Part shown: one piece after another, positions 1 to 15,254 of the stretch
Numbering within the stretch: the stretch's first letter is position 1
How the letters are laid out: each line of letters opens with the position of its first letter
Assembly: GCF_009914755.1 (NCBI RefSeq)
Contig: NC_060936.1
DNA from: the human T2T-CHM13v2.0 reference genome, Homo sapiens
Strand: one strand, 5' to 3'
Length of the DNA stretch: 64,000 nt
Notes under the pieces: generated by a model
Seen by the model: only the letters and a program-made list of their open reading frames with translations
What the model was told of the DNA's origin: nothing
Database searches by the model: none
Translations under genes and position numbers: made by a program

Positions 1-436
1 GCTATGGGAAGAGCTATGTACACCCCAACCCCAATTCCTACGCTGACGTACTGAACACAGTGCCTCAGAATGTGATCTTATCTAGAGATAAGGTTTTCAA
101 AGAGGTAATCAAGTTAAAAGTAAGGCCATTAAGGTGGGTCCTAACCCAGTATGACTGGTGTTTTTATAAGAAGAGGAGACAAAGAGGTAGACAGACACAG
201 AGGGGAGTGACCATGTGACGAACGAGGCAGAGATTGGAGGGATGCTTCTACAAGTCAAGGAGCACCAAGGACTGCCGGCAAGCAGACACTGAAGGGGCCT
301 GAACAGAGTCTTCCCCAGGGGGAAGAACCCACCATGCTGTGATCTCAGACTTCTGGCCTCCAGAGCCCCGAGAGAATAACTGTGTGTTGTGCAAGCCACT
401 CATGCTATGACGCTTTGTTTCGCAGACCCAGGAAAT
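1..436 (+). mobile_element. MLT1-type (ERVL-MaLR) solo LTR
   Basis: Typical MLT1 motifs: cctcagaatgtga.cttat, ggtaatcaagttaaaa, atgactggtgt..ttataagaagagga, gacttctggcctccaga. Confidence 0.8.
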
Positions 437-544
437 CCCAGCAGAGGTGGGGGGGTTGGGCCTGGAGCAGCTCCTGGGCCATGGACACCCACCCCCAACC
501 CGCATGCCCTGCCTGAGATGCCTCCACAGTGACTTGGGCCTTGT

Positions 545-800
545 ACCCAGAGGCTGCAGGAGGGTGGCTGCTGAGCTGCACTGGCCCACATATGTGTTTT
601 GTTTCACTGGCATACATTTATTTACAAAGATTTTTAATTGGTTGCTAACATTTAGTATTGGGAGATTTCTCATGAACATCCTTATCACTGGCTTCTCTTG
701 AAAATGAAGATTTAACAAATGGGGCCCATCCCCTACATGTCACTGTCATCTGGAGGTAGTGGGTAGGGCACCCACCATCAAGAGGACATAGACCCCATTA
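545..800 (+). mobile_element. hAT-Charlie DNA transposon relic (MER102-like)
   Basis: atgtgttttgttt...gttgctaacattta...gggagatttc...ctggcttctcttgaaaa resembles the MER102 consensus as recalled. Confidence 0.45.
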
Positions 801-1134
801 TGTGCCGGGGGCACTTGTGCATGGCTGTCAGCTAGAGATGGATGCCCGAGCCCATATGTACTTCTGGGGAGTAGGGATCCCGCAAAGGGATGGAGGGAAG
901 CGGCTCTGGGTGGAAAAGGCACTTGGACTTGGTGTATATATCAGGAGAATGGGGCTGAGAAGGCCTGCCCTGCCTCCCCCATGGGCCCCATGCTTGCTCC
1001 AACTCTGACCTGCCTGCCCAGGACAGGGCCAGGTCTGGAGTCTACCAGGTGTGGGGAAAAGGGGCAGGACAAGAGGGACCTGTGGGTAGGAAACCCAGAG
1101 TACAGCCCTGTGGGGCTCTGCCCTTCCTGGTTAC

Positions 1135-1256
1135 CGATTGTCAGCTGGTTCTTTTCCACAGGAGAGAGGTTGAACACGTCGGGGTTTTCTCCAGCATCAG
1201 TTTTATAAAAGGTTTCAATGTCGATGGAGAATTTCTCCACGAAAGGACAGGTGAAC
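1135..1256 (-). CDS. PITPNM2: PITPNM2 third coding exon (122 nt; FTCPFVEKFSIDIETFYKTDAGENPDVFNLSPVEKNQLTI)
   Basis: Acceptor ctttcctttccgcacag|G completes the split Arg codon AG+G. Donor is G|gtaacc. Lies within ORF 941..1276. The gene continues past the window start. Confidence 0.96.
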
Positions 1257-2296
1257 CTGTGCGGAAAGGAAAGCACTCATCAGGACCTGTCCTTGGAGAG
1301 GCCCAGTGTCCTGGCCAGGGCCTGTTGACCCACTGGGTAGGAGTGGAGCTGGTGAGCGGGCATGGAAGGAGGGTGGAGGGTAGCCGAGACTTGCCTGCCC
1401 TGTCCACCTCTTGGATCGCCACTTTGTCCCAAGAACAGCCAGGATGGGGGCAGGGAAGGATTTAGGGGGAGCAGAAGACAGTGTATCCTCAGTGGCTTCT
1501 AGAAGCCCCATGTCCAATGTCCACAGCATGGCAGGAACACGGGCACAGCTATGGCAGCATACTGCCAAGCAGGAGGAAGCTGGGGTGCTCCATGGGGCAT
1601 GCCACCTCTAGTTCCCAAGAAGCCAGCTCTGACAATGGGGGAATAGCCTCTCTCTAGGCTGGAGATGAGCTTAGAGGGGAAAGTACTACTGGGAAGAGGA
1701 AAAAGCTCCGTGGATCCCTCAGCAAGCTCCAGGTGCCCACCAGCGTGGGGAAGGGAGCCCCAGGAGATTTGTGGGGACCCCACCTGCTCAGCAGTAGACA
1801 GCTTGTGGGACCAGCTCCCATCTATTCAACTCAGCAGTGATAAGCTACACACTGCAGGGCACAGAGTGAAGAACCCTCTGCCAGGGAATCCCAAGGACAG
1901 CCCTGCTCAGCATGGGATGTGGGACAACACTGTCACAGCAGCTGAAGGTCTCAGAGTTGGAAGGGACTTCTGGGTCATCTGTTCTACCCTCAGTTTCTTT
2001 CCAGAAGGCTGTCTCAGCCTTCTTAGGGAGCCTGAAGTGGGTTTACATTCCCTGCATCTTCTGGAATGGCAAAGGAGTCTCCAACAGCCCTCGCTTGACT
2101 CACGCCTTCATGGCCTCCACACGTAGGCAGTCAGGAGGCATCTAGGGGTATATCCTTCCCTCTCTTGCCTGTGCCTGCCCTAGGTGACCTTCGGGGCACC
2201 TGTATGGAACAAAGCCTGGGTTCCCTGGGGTTATGGGTTGTTGAACCTGCTTGAAGGCTGATCCCATCCCCTGGATCTATGCCACAAGATTGCTTC

Positions 2297-2309
2297 CCGC
2301 CAGATGGCA
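2297..2309 (+). promoter_or_regulatory. Candidate CTCF site
   Basis: CCGCCAGATGGCA matches the core CC(A/G)(C/G)(C/T)AG(A/G)(G/T)GGC(A/G). Motif match only. Confidence 0.5.
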
Positions 2310-2349
2310 TGTGGAGGTGGGAGGCACATGGAGGCCAAAGCAGGCGCAC

Positions 2350-2564
2350 CTGGTTCGGGTGTAGGGGTAGGCATTCCAAGACTCCTCCACCACCCGCAGG
2401 GCTGCCTTGGGCAGGATGGAGCGGAACCAGCTGGGAATGTGCATGCCCACATGATACACCTTGTGTGTGTACTGCCCAGAGCCGCCTGGGCCATCTGTGT
2501 ACGGCCGGTTCTCCAGGATCTCCACGCCGCTGCCTTCGCCATATGTCTCGTTACGGCTCTTCTT
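2350..2564 (-). CDS. PITPNM2: PITPNM2 second coding exon (215 nt; KKSRNETYGEGSGVEILENRPY...EESWNAYPYTRTR)
   Basis: Acceptor ttttgtccccacag|AAG and donor AG|gtgcgc. Contains PITP motifs GVEILEN.PY, GQYTHKVYH and EESWNAYPY (ORF 2277..2588). Confidence 0.97.
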
Positions 2565-2944
2565 CTGTGGGGACAAAAGCACCTGCAATGTGTGTGGGGC
2601 CAGAGCACTCTTCAGGAGGGAAGGGGCACAGGAGACTGGGCCCAGGGGTGTGGAAAGGGAGGAGGGGCTTTGGTCAACGAGGCTGGCTCCTCCTGTGTCA
2701 CTTCCAGGCCCCCAAATCTATATGCCAGGGCTTGTGCAAGAGGCTGAAGGGGCCACAGACTCCCTCTCCCAGACCTAGTGCTGCACACACAAGTCCTATA
2801 TTCTGACTCCCACCTGTCCCAGGACTAAAAGCGTTCCCAAGATCAGGAACAAGACAAGGATGCCCACTTATTTGCTTTTCCTCAATATTGTGCTATAAGT
2901 TCTAGCTAAAGCAATTAGACAAGAAAAGGAAATAATAAGAGGCA

Positions 2945-3339
<395 letters not shown>

Positions 3340-4565
3340 CTAAACAATCTCCACCAAAGCCTGTTAGACCTAATAAATAAATTCAACAAAGTTGCAGAAT
3401 ACAAAATGACACATAGAAATGAACAATGTCAAAGAAAATTAAGAAACAATTCCATTTATAATAGCCTCTGAAAGAATAAATACCTAGGAATATATTTAAC
3501 CAAAGAGGTGAAAGACCTGTGCACTTAAAACTACAAAATGTTGCTGAAAGAAATTAAAGTTCTAAATAAATGGAAAGACATCCCGTGTTGATGGATTGGA
3601 AGATTTAATATTGTTAAGATGGCGACACTGCCCCAAACAACCTACAGATATAATGCGATCTTTATCAAAATCCCAGCAGCTTTATTTGTAGAAATGGAAC
3701 AGCTGATCCTAAAATTCATATGGAATTACAGGAGACCCGGAAGAGCCAAAACAATCTTGAAAACAAAACAAAACCAAGCTGGAGGACTCACACTTCCCTA
3801 TATCAAACCTTACTACAAAACTACAGTAATCAAAAAAGTGTAGCACTGGATAGGATAGACAAATAGATCAACAGACAGACAGACAGAATATAATTGAGAG
3901 TCTAGAAATAAACCATATATCTATGATCAATTAATTTTTGAGAAGGGTGCCAAGACCATCCAATGTGGAAATAATAGTCTTTAAAAAATGGTGCTGGGAC
4001 AATTGAATAACAACATGTAAAAGAATGAAGCTGGACCCTATCTCACAGCAGATACAAAAACTCGAAATGAATCCAAGATTTACAAATAAGAACTAAAACT
4101 ATAAAACTATAAGATGCTTGAGAAATGGTAGTTTAAAAAAAGAAATAAAATCACAAAATGATAAAACAGAAGAAAACTGGGGCAAACAAGGTCATCTTTA
4201 TGACCTTGGATTTGGCAATGCTTTCTTAAATATGACACCAAAAGCACAAGCAACAAAAGAAAAAATAGATGAACTGGACTTAACTGAAATTAAAAACCTT
4301 AGTGTATCAAAGAGCACTATGAAGAGAGAAAAAGACAACCCACCAAATGGGAGAAGACATTTGCATACCATGTATCTGATAAGGGACTTGTATCCAGAAT
4401 ATATAAAGAACTCCTAAACTCAACAACAAAACAACACAATTCAAACATGAGCAAAGGACTTGAATAGCCATTTCTCCAAAGAAGATATACGAATGGCCAA
4501 TAAGCAATGAAAAGATGTTCAACATCACTATTCATTAGGAAAGTGCAAATCAAAACCACAATGAG

Positions 4566-5130
<565 letters not shown>

Positions 5131-5285
5131 CACAATGAGATAGCACCTCACACCCATTAAGGTGGTTAGTATTCAAAAAAACCTAGAAAAAAGAATCAAT
5201 GCTGGTTGGCATGTGGAGAAACTGGAACCCTATTGGTGGGAATATAAAATGGTGGGAATGTAAAACTGTTGAAAATAGTTTAGTA

Positions 5286-5906
<621 letters not shown>

Positions 5907-6423
5907 AGTTTAGCACTTTCTCAAAAAGTTAAACATAGCATTACCATATGACCAGCAATTCCACTTCTGGGTATGCACCCAAAATAACTGAAAACAGAGA
6001 CTTGAACAGATACTTGTACACCAAGCCTTCAGATGACTCCAGCCCTACCAGCTGCTGCCATGTATTCACAGAAAAACCTGTACACCAATGTTCATTGCAG
6101 TATTATTCACACTAGTCAAAAGCTGTAAACAACTCAAGTGTCCATCAACAGATGAATGAATAAAATGTGGTCTATCCATACAATAATAGAATATTATTCA
6201 GTCACAAAGAGGAATGAAGTAATGCTACATACCACAACATGGATGAACCTTGAAAAGATTCTATTAAGTGAAACAAGCCAGACACAAAGGACCACATATC
6301 CTGTGATTCCATTTACATGGAAAGTACAGAAAAGGAAAATATATAGAGACAGAAAGTGAATTAGTGGTGGCCTGCTGCTGGGGAACATGGGGGAAATGAA
6401 GAGTGATGCTAATGGGCGCAGGG

Positions 6424-6624
6424 CCCTCCCTCCCTCCATCCATCCCTTCCTCCCTCCCTCCTTTCCTTTCCTTCATTTTCTTTTCTTTCTTCCCTTTCTC
6501 TCACTTTTCCTTCCTTCCTTCCTTCCTTCCTTCCTTCCTTCCTTCCTTCCTTCCTTCCTTCCTTCCTCCCTCCCTCCCTCCCTCTTTTCTCTCTCTCTCT
6601 CTCTCTCTTTCTCTTTCTCTCTTT

Positions 6625-6630
<6 letters not shown>
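6424..6630 (+). repeat. (TTCC)n/(TC)n polypyrimidine microsatellite
   Basis: About 200 nt almost entirely C/T, at the tail of a minus-strand AluJ. Confidence 0.95.
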
Positions 6631-7653
<1,023 letters not shown>

Positions 7654-8600
7654 TAGGTAGTGGTGATGGTTGCACAACTCTGTGAATATACCGAGAACCT
7701 TTGAACTGTACACTTTAAGTGGGTGAATTATATGGTGTATGAATTATAGCTCAAGTAGCTGTCAAGTTATTTCAAAATCCCGTGGGTCAAGGGGGCCTGA
7801 GGGGTTTGCTGAAGAATGTTCTGTTGCTTGGCCTGGTGCTGGTTACACAGGCATATTCACTTTTTGCAAGACCATCAGGGTAGACACTTATGAATCATAA
7901 ACTTTTCTGTATATATACAACACTTGAATAAAAAGTGAAAAAGAATTAGGAATGAAACTGGGAAAGAAAAGTCTGCAGGCTGCTCAGAGCACCCCACCTT
8001 TAGAACACCAGGCCGATGAGGGCCCTGCCACTCAGCCATCTCCCTGACACAGCTCCAGCACACCACTATGAGCTGACTCTTGCCAGGCAGCAGGGTCTCT
8101 GAGAATGAGCAAGCGCTCCTCTCTCCCTCCAGGAAAGCCGCAAGCCCCATCAGCCAAATAGTTAAAGCTGAAATAACCCCAAATAGCAAAATCCCCCACC
8201 CAGTGGAGGGCCTGTGCAGCCCTCACCCAGAGGAGTTCACAGAAAGTAGAAGAAAGAGATGTCATTGTCCAGGCTGGTCTGCTTTGGGAAGAATCATCCC
8301 TGCTCCAGACTTGGAGTACGTGGAAGACCTACCCCAAAGAGAACAACTATCATGTGATTAGAAGACATGAGGGGAGGCCTTCACTCAGCCTCAGGGGGGT
8401 CAGGGAAAGTGACCTGCAGGGGAGCTGGGAGGTGGGGAGGCACTCACCAGGCAGGGGTGGACAGGACAGATATGCTGGGTAGGGAGGCAGGTGACAGAGC
8501 TGAAGGTCTGTGTCTAGAGGGAGCCCTGGAAGCGTGTGGACTCAGTTGCCTGGGTGTAGCCTGCGAGGCAGGAAGTGGCAGGGAAGGGCCTGGGAGCTAG

Positions 8601-8951
<351 letters not shown>

Positions 8952-9269
8952 TAAAAGGAGCACAGTTTTGATGCTAAGGGAAGGAAAGGGTTTAAGCAGG
9001 AGAGGAGCACAATCTAATCTGGGTCCCAGGAAGAACGTCCTGGTACATGTATAGAGAATGGGAGATCCCCTGGCATGGGCAGCTGCCCACAGGGGTGTTC
9101 TTTCCTGGGTTTAGATAGGAGGTGAGGCCCCCAGCTCCGGGAGCAGCAGGAGATGCCTCTGTGCTCAGCAGGTAGGCCAGGTACTTAGCGGCTTTATGAA
9201 CATGAAATCTTGGTAGCTGAGGGCAAAGGAGAGAAGGGAGAGGCCGGGCTGCAGTTGAAAGTGGTCAGT

Positions 9270-9590
9270 GGGCGAGGCACAGTGGTTCATGCCTGTAATC
9301 CCAGCACTTTGGGAGGCTGAGGCAGGCAGATCACCTGAGGTCAGGAGTTCGAGACTAGCCTGGCCAACATGGCAAAACCCTGTCTCTACTAAAAACAATA
9401 ATAAAAAAAAATAGCCAGGCGTGGTGGTGGGTGCCACTAATCCCAGCTACTTGGAAGGCTGAGGCAGGAGAATCTTTGAACCTAGGAGGCAGAGGTTGCA
9501 GTGAGCTGAGATCATGCCATTGCACTACAGCCTAGGCGACAAGAGCGAAATTCCATCTCAAAAAAAAAAAAAAAAAAAAAAAAAAGAAAG
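9270..9590 (+). mobile_element. AluS
   Basis: Full dimer with a long A tail. Confidence 0.92.
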
Positions 9591-9862
9591 TGATTAGTGA
9601 GCCCAGGTACACTTGGTACACTACAGACCAGTGACTCAGCCTTTTCCTGCCCACCATGGTGGGATAGAGGCCCCATGCCCCTGCGCAGCCACCCACCCTG
9701 CCCATGGGCTGAGATCTGCTCCTTACCCTGTGCCCAAACATGTCCTGTGCTCAAACTGGGTAGAGGCCACAAGGTCCAGGCAAAAGGGAGCCACATCTTT
9801 ACCATGTGGGCCACAGGGGCCCCAGCCCTGTTTACTGAGGACCCACCTGCTGAGAATTTCAG

Positions 9863-10105
9863 TTTATTTATTTATTTATGAGATAGGGTCTCAATCTGTC
9901 CCCCAGGCTGAAGTACAATGGCATGATCATGGCTCACTGCAGCCTTGACCCCCCAAGCTCAAGCAATCCTTCTGCCTCAGACTCTAGAGTAGCTGGGACT
10001 ACAGGCGTGCACCCCACCACACCCAGCTAGTTTTTTATTTTTTTGTAGAGTGCCTTGGTCTCTCAAAATGCTGGGATTACAGGAGTAAGCCTCTGTGCTC
10101 AGCCT
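9863..10105 (-). mobile_element. AluJ with an internal left-arm deletion
   Basis: (TTTA)n tail and J-type gatcatggctcactgcagcc. The left arm jumps from tgtagag to ccttggtctctcaaaatgctgggattac. Confidence 0.85.
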
Positions 10106-12189
10106 GGGAATCACAGTTTCTAAATCAAGCCCCACTGCGGTGTCAGGTGAAGACCATTCCCCTTGAACAGCAAGCTGCCCTTCCCTGAGGATGTGGGGCA
10201 TGGAGTTTACCTTCAGCTATCAGGGTCCAAGAGGGGCTCCCTCTCAGGGAGGTGGCAGAACATGCGGGCTTAGAGCATAGTTTCTGTGGTTCAAATGTCT
10301 GGGTACAAACCCTCCTCTTTTTCTTTCTTTCTGTGTGGTCTCTGATAAGTTAACCTCTATATGTCATCATCTCCCCATCTGTAAGAGGAGGAGAAGCAAT
10401 AGTACTGGCTAGGTTGTTGAGAAAATTAGATGCGAGCATGTGTAGCTGACGTACACAGGATGAGCTCAGGTTGTGTGCACACTCAGCAGCAGGGAACATC
10501 ATCCCAGGATGCCACGCCCTGGCTTTATCCCAGCAAGGAGAGTGGCAGGGGAATCGCCATGGCTCCAAAGCCAGATGTCTCCATGGCTTCAAAGTTCCCC
10601 TGAAGGATGGAGTGAAGAGCCAGGCCTGGAAAACCCTTCATTTCCGGTGCTCAGAGGCTCCCGGTACAGCCAAGAGGTGCGGGGAAGGGCGGTGAGGAGG
10701 GGCCAGGCAGCACGGCTCTCCGCTCAGCCTTTTTCTGGTCCTGGATCAGCCATTGATGTCAGCACTTGGGCTAAAAGGACAGGGCAGAGGAGTGCAGCTG
10801 GGTCTCAGCTGTGCCTCTGATCAGGATGCGGCTGCGGAGGAAGGCCCTTTTCATAGCTATAGGCACCAAGACCGCTCGGAAGACCCACAGAGCATCAGAC
10901 ACCAGCGCTCCTCGTGCACACTAGGGCTGAGACTCAGATAGCGGCCACAACTGCTCAACTGTCATTATCAGGAGCCAATGCAGGCAGGGAGAGAGGGCTT
11001 CCTGGAAAAAGAGGCTACCAAGGGAGGCAAAGAGCATGAATGAGAGCCCCAAGCAGGAGATCTCCTGACCCTGTCTCAGTTTACAACTTGCCTTTGCACC
11101 CACCTGTTCTCTGCACTTCAGAGCCCTGAGATGTTGTGGGATCATGCTCCCCACTCCACAAGTAAGAAACTGAGGCACAGAGTACTGGAGCCAAGTCTCC
11201 CAGGCCATGAGTGACTGTGGTAGTGCAGAGACAGAGAAGCAGCCACAGATTGCATTAAACTGCAGAAACCTGCATGTGCATCAGAACCCCCAACCCCTAC
11301 CTAATAGGCACCAGGCATGGTGGGTAGCTGGTCTGGCAGGAATTGAGGGGAAGGGGAGGTCTGTTCCTGAAGGAGGGGCACCGGCCAGATGCCACATCTA
11401 CACTCAGGGATCTGATGTGCCCTGCCTCTTCCCCCAGGGCCCTCCACCCAAACCTCCCTCCCCAGAGCCCCGCTGGGACCAAGCAAGGCGGGCTGTGCTC
11501 TGCTTGTTCTCCCAGCTCCCTGCCACAGGGGCATGACTCTGTCTCCTGGCTGGGCCAGCAGCTTCTCCTGCCCATTAGCCCTGACATGGAATTTATTGCA
11601 CAGCTGAATGAGGTAGGCAGTTCGAAGCACAGGCTGGGCTGGGGCCAGCTCACTGGAGGGAGGGGACAGCTAGGAGTGGCCCTTGCTGCCAAAGAGCCTG
11701 ACCCCAGGGTAGAAATGTGTCTCCTGGACTTGGTGTATGGCGCAGGGAACTGAGGGCTGTGCTCCCTGTGAGGGGCTCACTGAAGCTGCCACTCAGAATG
11801 TCAGTGCGCAGGCGTGCATGCGTGCACACACATGTGGCGTGTGTGTGCATGCAGGAGCCAAGGCCCATGGATTCAGGGCTCTTCTGGGTGGAGCAGAAGG
11901 TGCACGTGACCAGAGCCATCTCTAGAGAAGGCAAAAAATGGAACCAGGAGGACACTTACAAAGACATCCTCAAGATGACCTACTTGTGGTATACATGGGG
12001 AAACTGAGGGCCAGGGACTGGAAGCAACATGTTTGGGCCACAAGCTGGAGGGTTAGAGGTAGCTGGCGAGGCAGAAGGGATTCTGGTGGGACTCCTGGGC
12101 AATGCACAAGTCCACAGACTCCCCAGAGGACGCCACCTTCTCACTGGCTGCTGCCAACAGCTCATTAAAAACACGTTCTCCTAAATGTA

Positions 12190-13455
12190 AGGGCTCAAAC
12201 TATAAAACTCTTAAGAGAAAACATAGGCATAAGTCCTATGAACTTGAACTGGCAATCGTTTTGGAGCCATGACACCAAAAGCACAAGCAACAAAAGAAAA
12301 GACAGATAAACTGGACCTCATCAAAATTAACAACTTTTATGCTTCAAAGGACACTAAAAAGAAAGTGAAAAAACAACGTACAAAATGGGAGAGAATTTTT
12401 ATATACAATATATCTTATAGTAACTTATATCCAAAATATATACAGAACTCCTCCAATGCAACAACAGAGAAACAACAACCCCATTCAAAAACTGGCAAAG
12501 GAGCTGGGCATGGTGCTGTACACCTGTAGACCTAGCTACTCCAGAGGTGAAGTTGGCAGGATGGCTGGAGCCCAGGAGTTCAAGGTCAGCCTGAGCGACA
12601 TAGCAAGACCCCATCTCTAAAAAAATAGTAAGAATAATAAAGGCAAAGAACTTGAACAGACATTTCTACAAAAAGATTATACAAATGGTCAACGAGCAAA
12701 TGAAAAGATGCTCAACATCATTTGTCATTAGGGAAATGCAAATCAAAACCATAATGAGATACCACTTCACACTCACTGGGGCGGTTAAAAAGACACACAG
12801 CAGCAAGTGTTGTTCAGGGTGTGGAGCAATGGAACCCTCGTACATTGATGGTGGGAACGTAAAATGGTGCAGCTGCTGTGGCAAACAGTTTGGCGGTTCC
12901 TCAAAAAGTTAAACATAGAGTTACCATATGACCCAGCAATTCCACTCTAGGTAAATATCCAAGAAAAGGAAAACATATGTCCACATAAAAACTTATACAT
13001 GAATATTTATGGCAGCATTATTCACTGTAGCCAAAAAGTGGAAACAACCCAAATGTCCACCAACAGATGAATGGGGAAACAAACTGTGGTCTACCATGGA
13101 ATGGAATATTATTTGGCCATAAAAAGTAACGGAGCACTGGCACATGATACAAGAGGGATGAACCCTGGAAATATTATGCTGAGTGAAAGAAGCCAGACAC
13201 AAAAGGACACATATTGTATGATTCCATTTATATAAAATACCCAGAATAGTGGAATCTATAGAGACAGAAAGCACATTATTGGTTGCCTGGGGCTGGGGTG
13301 AAAATAGTGATTTCTTTTTTGGGGTAATAGAAATGTTCTAAAATTGATTCTGGTGACGGTTGTACAACTCTGAATAGGCTAAAAACCACCGAACTGTGCA
13401 CTTTAAATGGATGAGTCATGTGGTGTGTGACTTATATCTCAATAAAGCTGTTATA
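12190..13455 (+). mobile_element. Old L1 3' fragment (ORF2 end plus 3'UTR) with an Alu monomer at about 12500-12625
   Basis: ORFs 12269..12529 (MTPKAQATKEKTDKLDLIKI) and 12652..12912 ([12 protein letters not shown]) match L1 ORF2p. Ends ctcaataaagctgtt. Confidence 0.9.
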
Positions 13456-13674
13456 AAACAAAACAAACAGAAACCAATCCTGCCTTTTGTACTAAGATCA
13501 AAAAAATCAAATGTGGCAAGCAGGAAGGGGCCTCGCTGGCACTGTGAGAGAGACATGGGTCACCTCTAAGCATCTCTCTGCCATGAATGTCCCTCCCCGT
13601 GTCCAAAAGCTCAGTTTTCTGCTTATGCAGGAAACCTCATGTTTGAGGCAGTGGCGACTTTAAGCCGAGCATCT

Positions 13675-13688
13675 GTTTCCATGGTGAC
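13675..13688. promoter_or_regulatory. Candidate RFX X-box
   Basis: GTTTCCATGGTGAC versus consensus GTTNCCATGGNAAC. Motif match only. Confidence 0.4.
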
Positions 13689-13961
13689 ATGATGGGCTAG
13701 CCAAGGGCATCCTCGGTCAGCTTCCTGAACAGCAGGTGTGTATGTGTGCGTGCATACACCTAGGCACACAGATGCACATGCATACACAGCCACAGGCCTC
13801 TCTAAGGCACAAAAAATGTGCTATATCTCCATGGCCCAGAGCGATTGAGTCCCCTTCCAAAACAAAAAACAGACAAGACTCTGGGTGAGGCCATAGGTGA
13901 GGTCAGGGCAGGCATGTGTCATCTCTCCCTCTTTAAAAGAGCTCCTGGAATGTGGACCAGA

Positions 13962-14261
13962 TTTTTTTTTTTTTTTTTTTGAGACAAAGTTTCGCTCTTC
14001 TTGCCCAGGCTGGGGTGCAATGGTGTGATCTTGGCTCACCGCATCCTCTGCCTCCCGGGTTCAAGCGATTCCCTGCCTCAGCCTCCTGAGTAGCTGGGAT
14101 TACAGGCATGAGCCACCACACCTGGCTAATTTTGTATTTTTACTAGAGATGGGGTTTCACCATGTCCATCAGGCTGGTCTCGAACTCCCAACCTCAGGTG
14201 ATCTGCCTGCCTCGGCCTCCCAAAGTGCTGGGATTACAGGTGTGAGCCACCGCACTCGGCC
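13962..14261 (-). mobile_element. AluS with TSD atgtggaccagattt
   Basis: Full dimer flanked by the same direct repeat on both sides. Confidence 0.93.
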
Positions 14262-14329
14262 TATGTGGACCAGATTTGTAGTGAAAACAGCAAGCTCTTC
14301 CTGGATGCTCTAAGCTCCCACCTCTTCCA

Positions 14330-14550
14330 GTAGCATCATTTATTTGTGGCTATGCTAAGTGCTTTGCATGTACATTCTCCTTTAGTTACTGCAACATCCC
14401 CTTAGGAAAGGTGTATTAGCACTATTACCCCCAAGTCACAGATGAGACGATCGAGGCTATGAGAGGCACAAACTTGTCCAAGGTCACACAGTTACTAAAT
14501 GGCAGAGCCAGGCCTTGAATTCAGACCTGTGTCATTCCAGAGCCTGCTCA
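14330..14550 (-). mobile_element. MIR
   Basis: MIR core: cagatgag..., aacttgtccaaggtcacacag...aaatggcagagccagg. Confidence 0.75.
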
Positions 14551-14748
14551 GCCCAAAGCACCAAGGTGGCTCAAGGAAAAGACCTCAGCATAAGATAGGT
14601 GCTCCGTAAATTCTTATTGAACAAATAAATGAATTCTAGTCCCAACTCTGTGACCAGCTCCCTCTCCTCCTGGACAAGTCACTTCTCTTTGGTGTCAATT
14701 TCCAAACTCTAAGTGGAGACAGGACTACCTATCTGTCCATGCCCTGGC

Positions 14749-15040
14749 GTAATGGGTGGAATGTCCCCACCAGGCCCTTGGAATGTGACCTTATTTGGAA
14801 ATAGGGTCTTTGCCGATGTAAATGGAGTGACGTGGCCACAAACTAAGGTATGCTTGGAGCCACCAGAAGCTGGAAGAGACAAGGAAGGGTCTACCCGTAG
14901 AACCTTTGGAGGAAGTGCAGCCCTGCGGACACCTGCCTCTCTGGTTTCTGGCCTCCAGAACTGTGAAAGAATAAATGTCTATTGTTTCAAGCTATGCAGT
15001 TTGTGGTTCTTTGTTATGGCAGCGCCAGGAAATAAGATAC
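14749..15040 (+). mobile_element. MLT1 LTR (internally deleted)
   Basis: gaatgtgaccttatttggaaatagggtctttgc...ccaccagaagctggaagag...ttctggcctccagaactgtga. Confidence 0.8.
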
Positions 15041-15254
15041 CTGGGATGCTGGCAGGCTCAGTGAGAAGGTGTGTAAGACAGGGGGTCCAGAGCTGCCTGC
15101 AGGAGTTTCTTTGGGCAGAGGCCTGGTGACCCACCTGCCAGCAGCTGAGGGTGGAGCCAGGACAGGGGCCAGGAGGGTCCCTTCCACCTTGGCCTTGCTG
15201 GGTGGCTGCGCAGAAGCCCCTGCCCACTCAGGCAGACTTCACGCCTTTTCCAGG

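Noticed and set aside
3619-4417. L1 ORF2-like ORFs as functional genes
   Set aside because: Short, stop-interrupted fragments of an old L1 broken by Alus.
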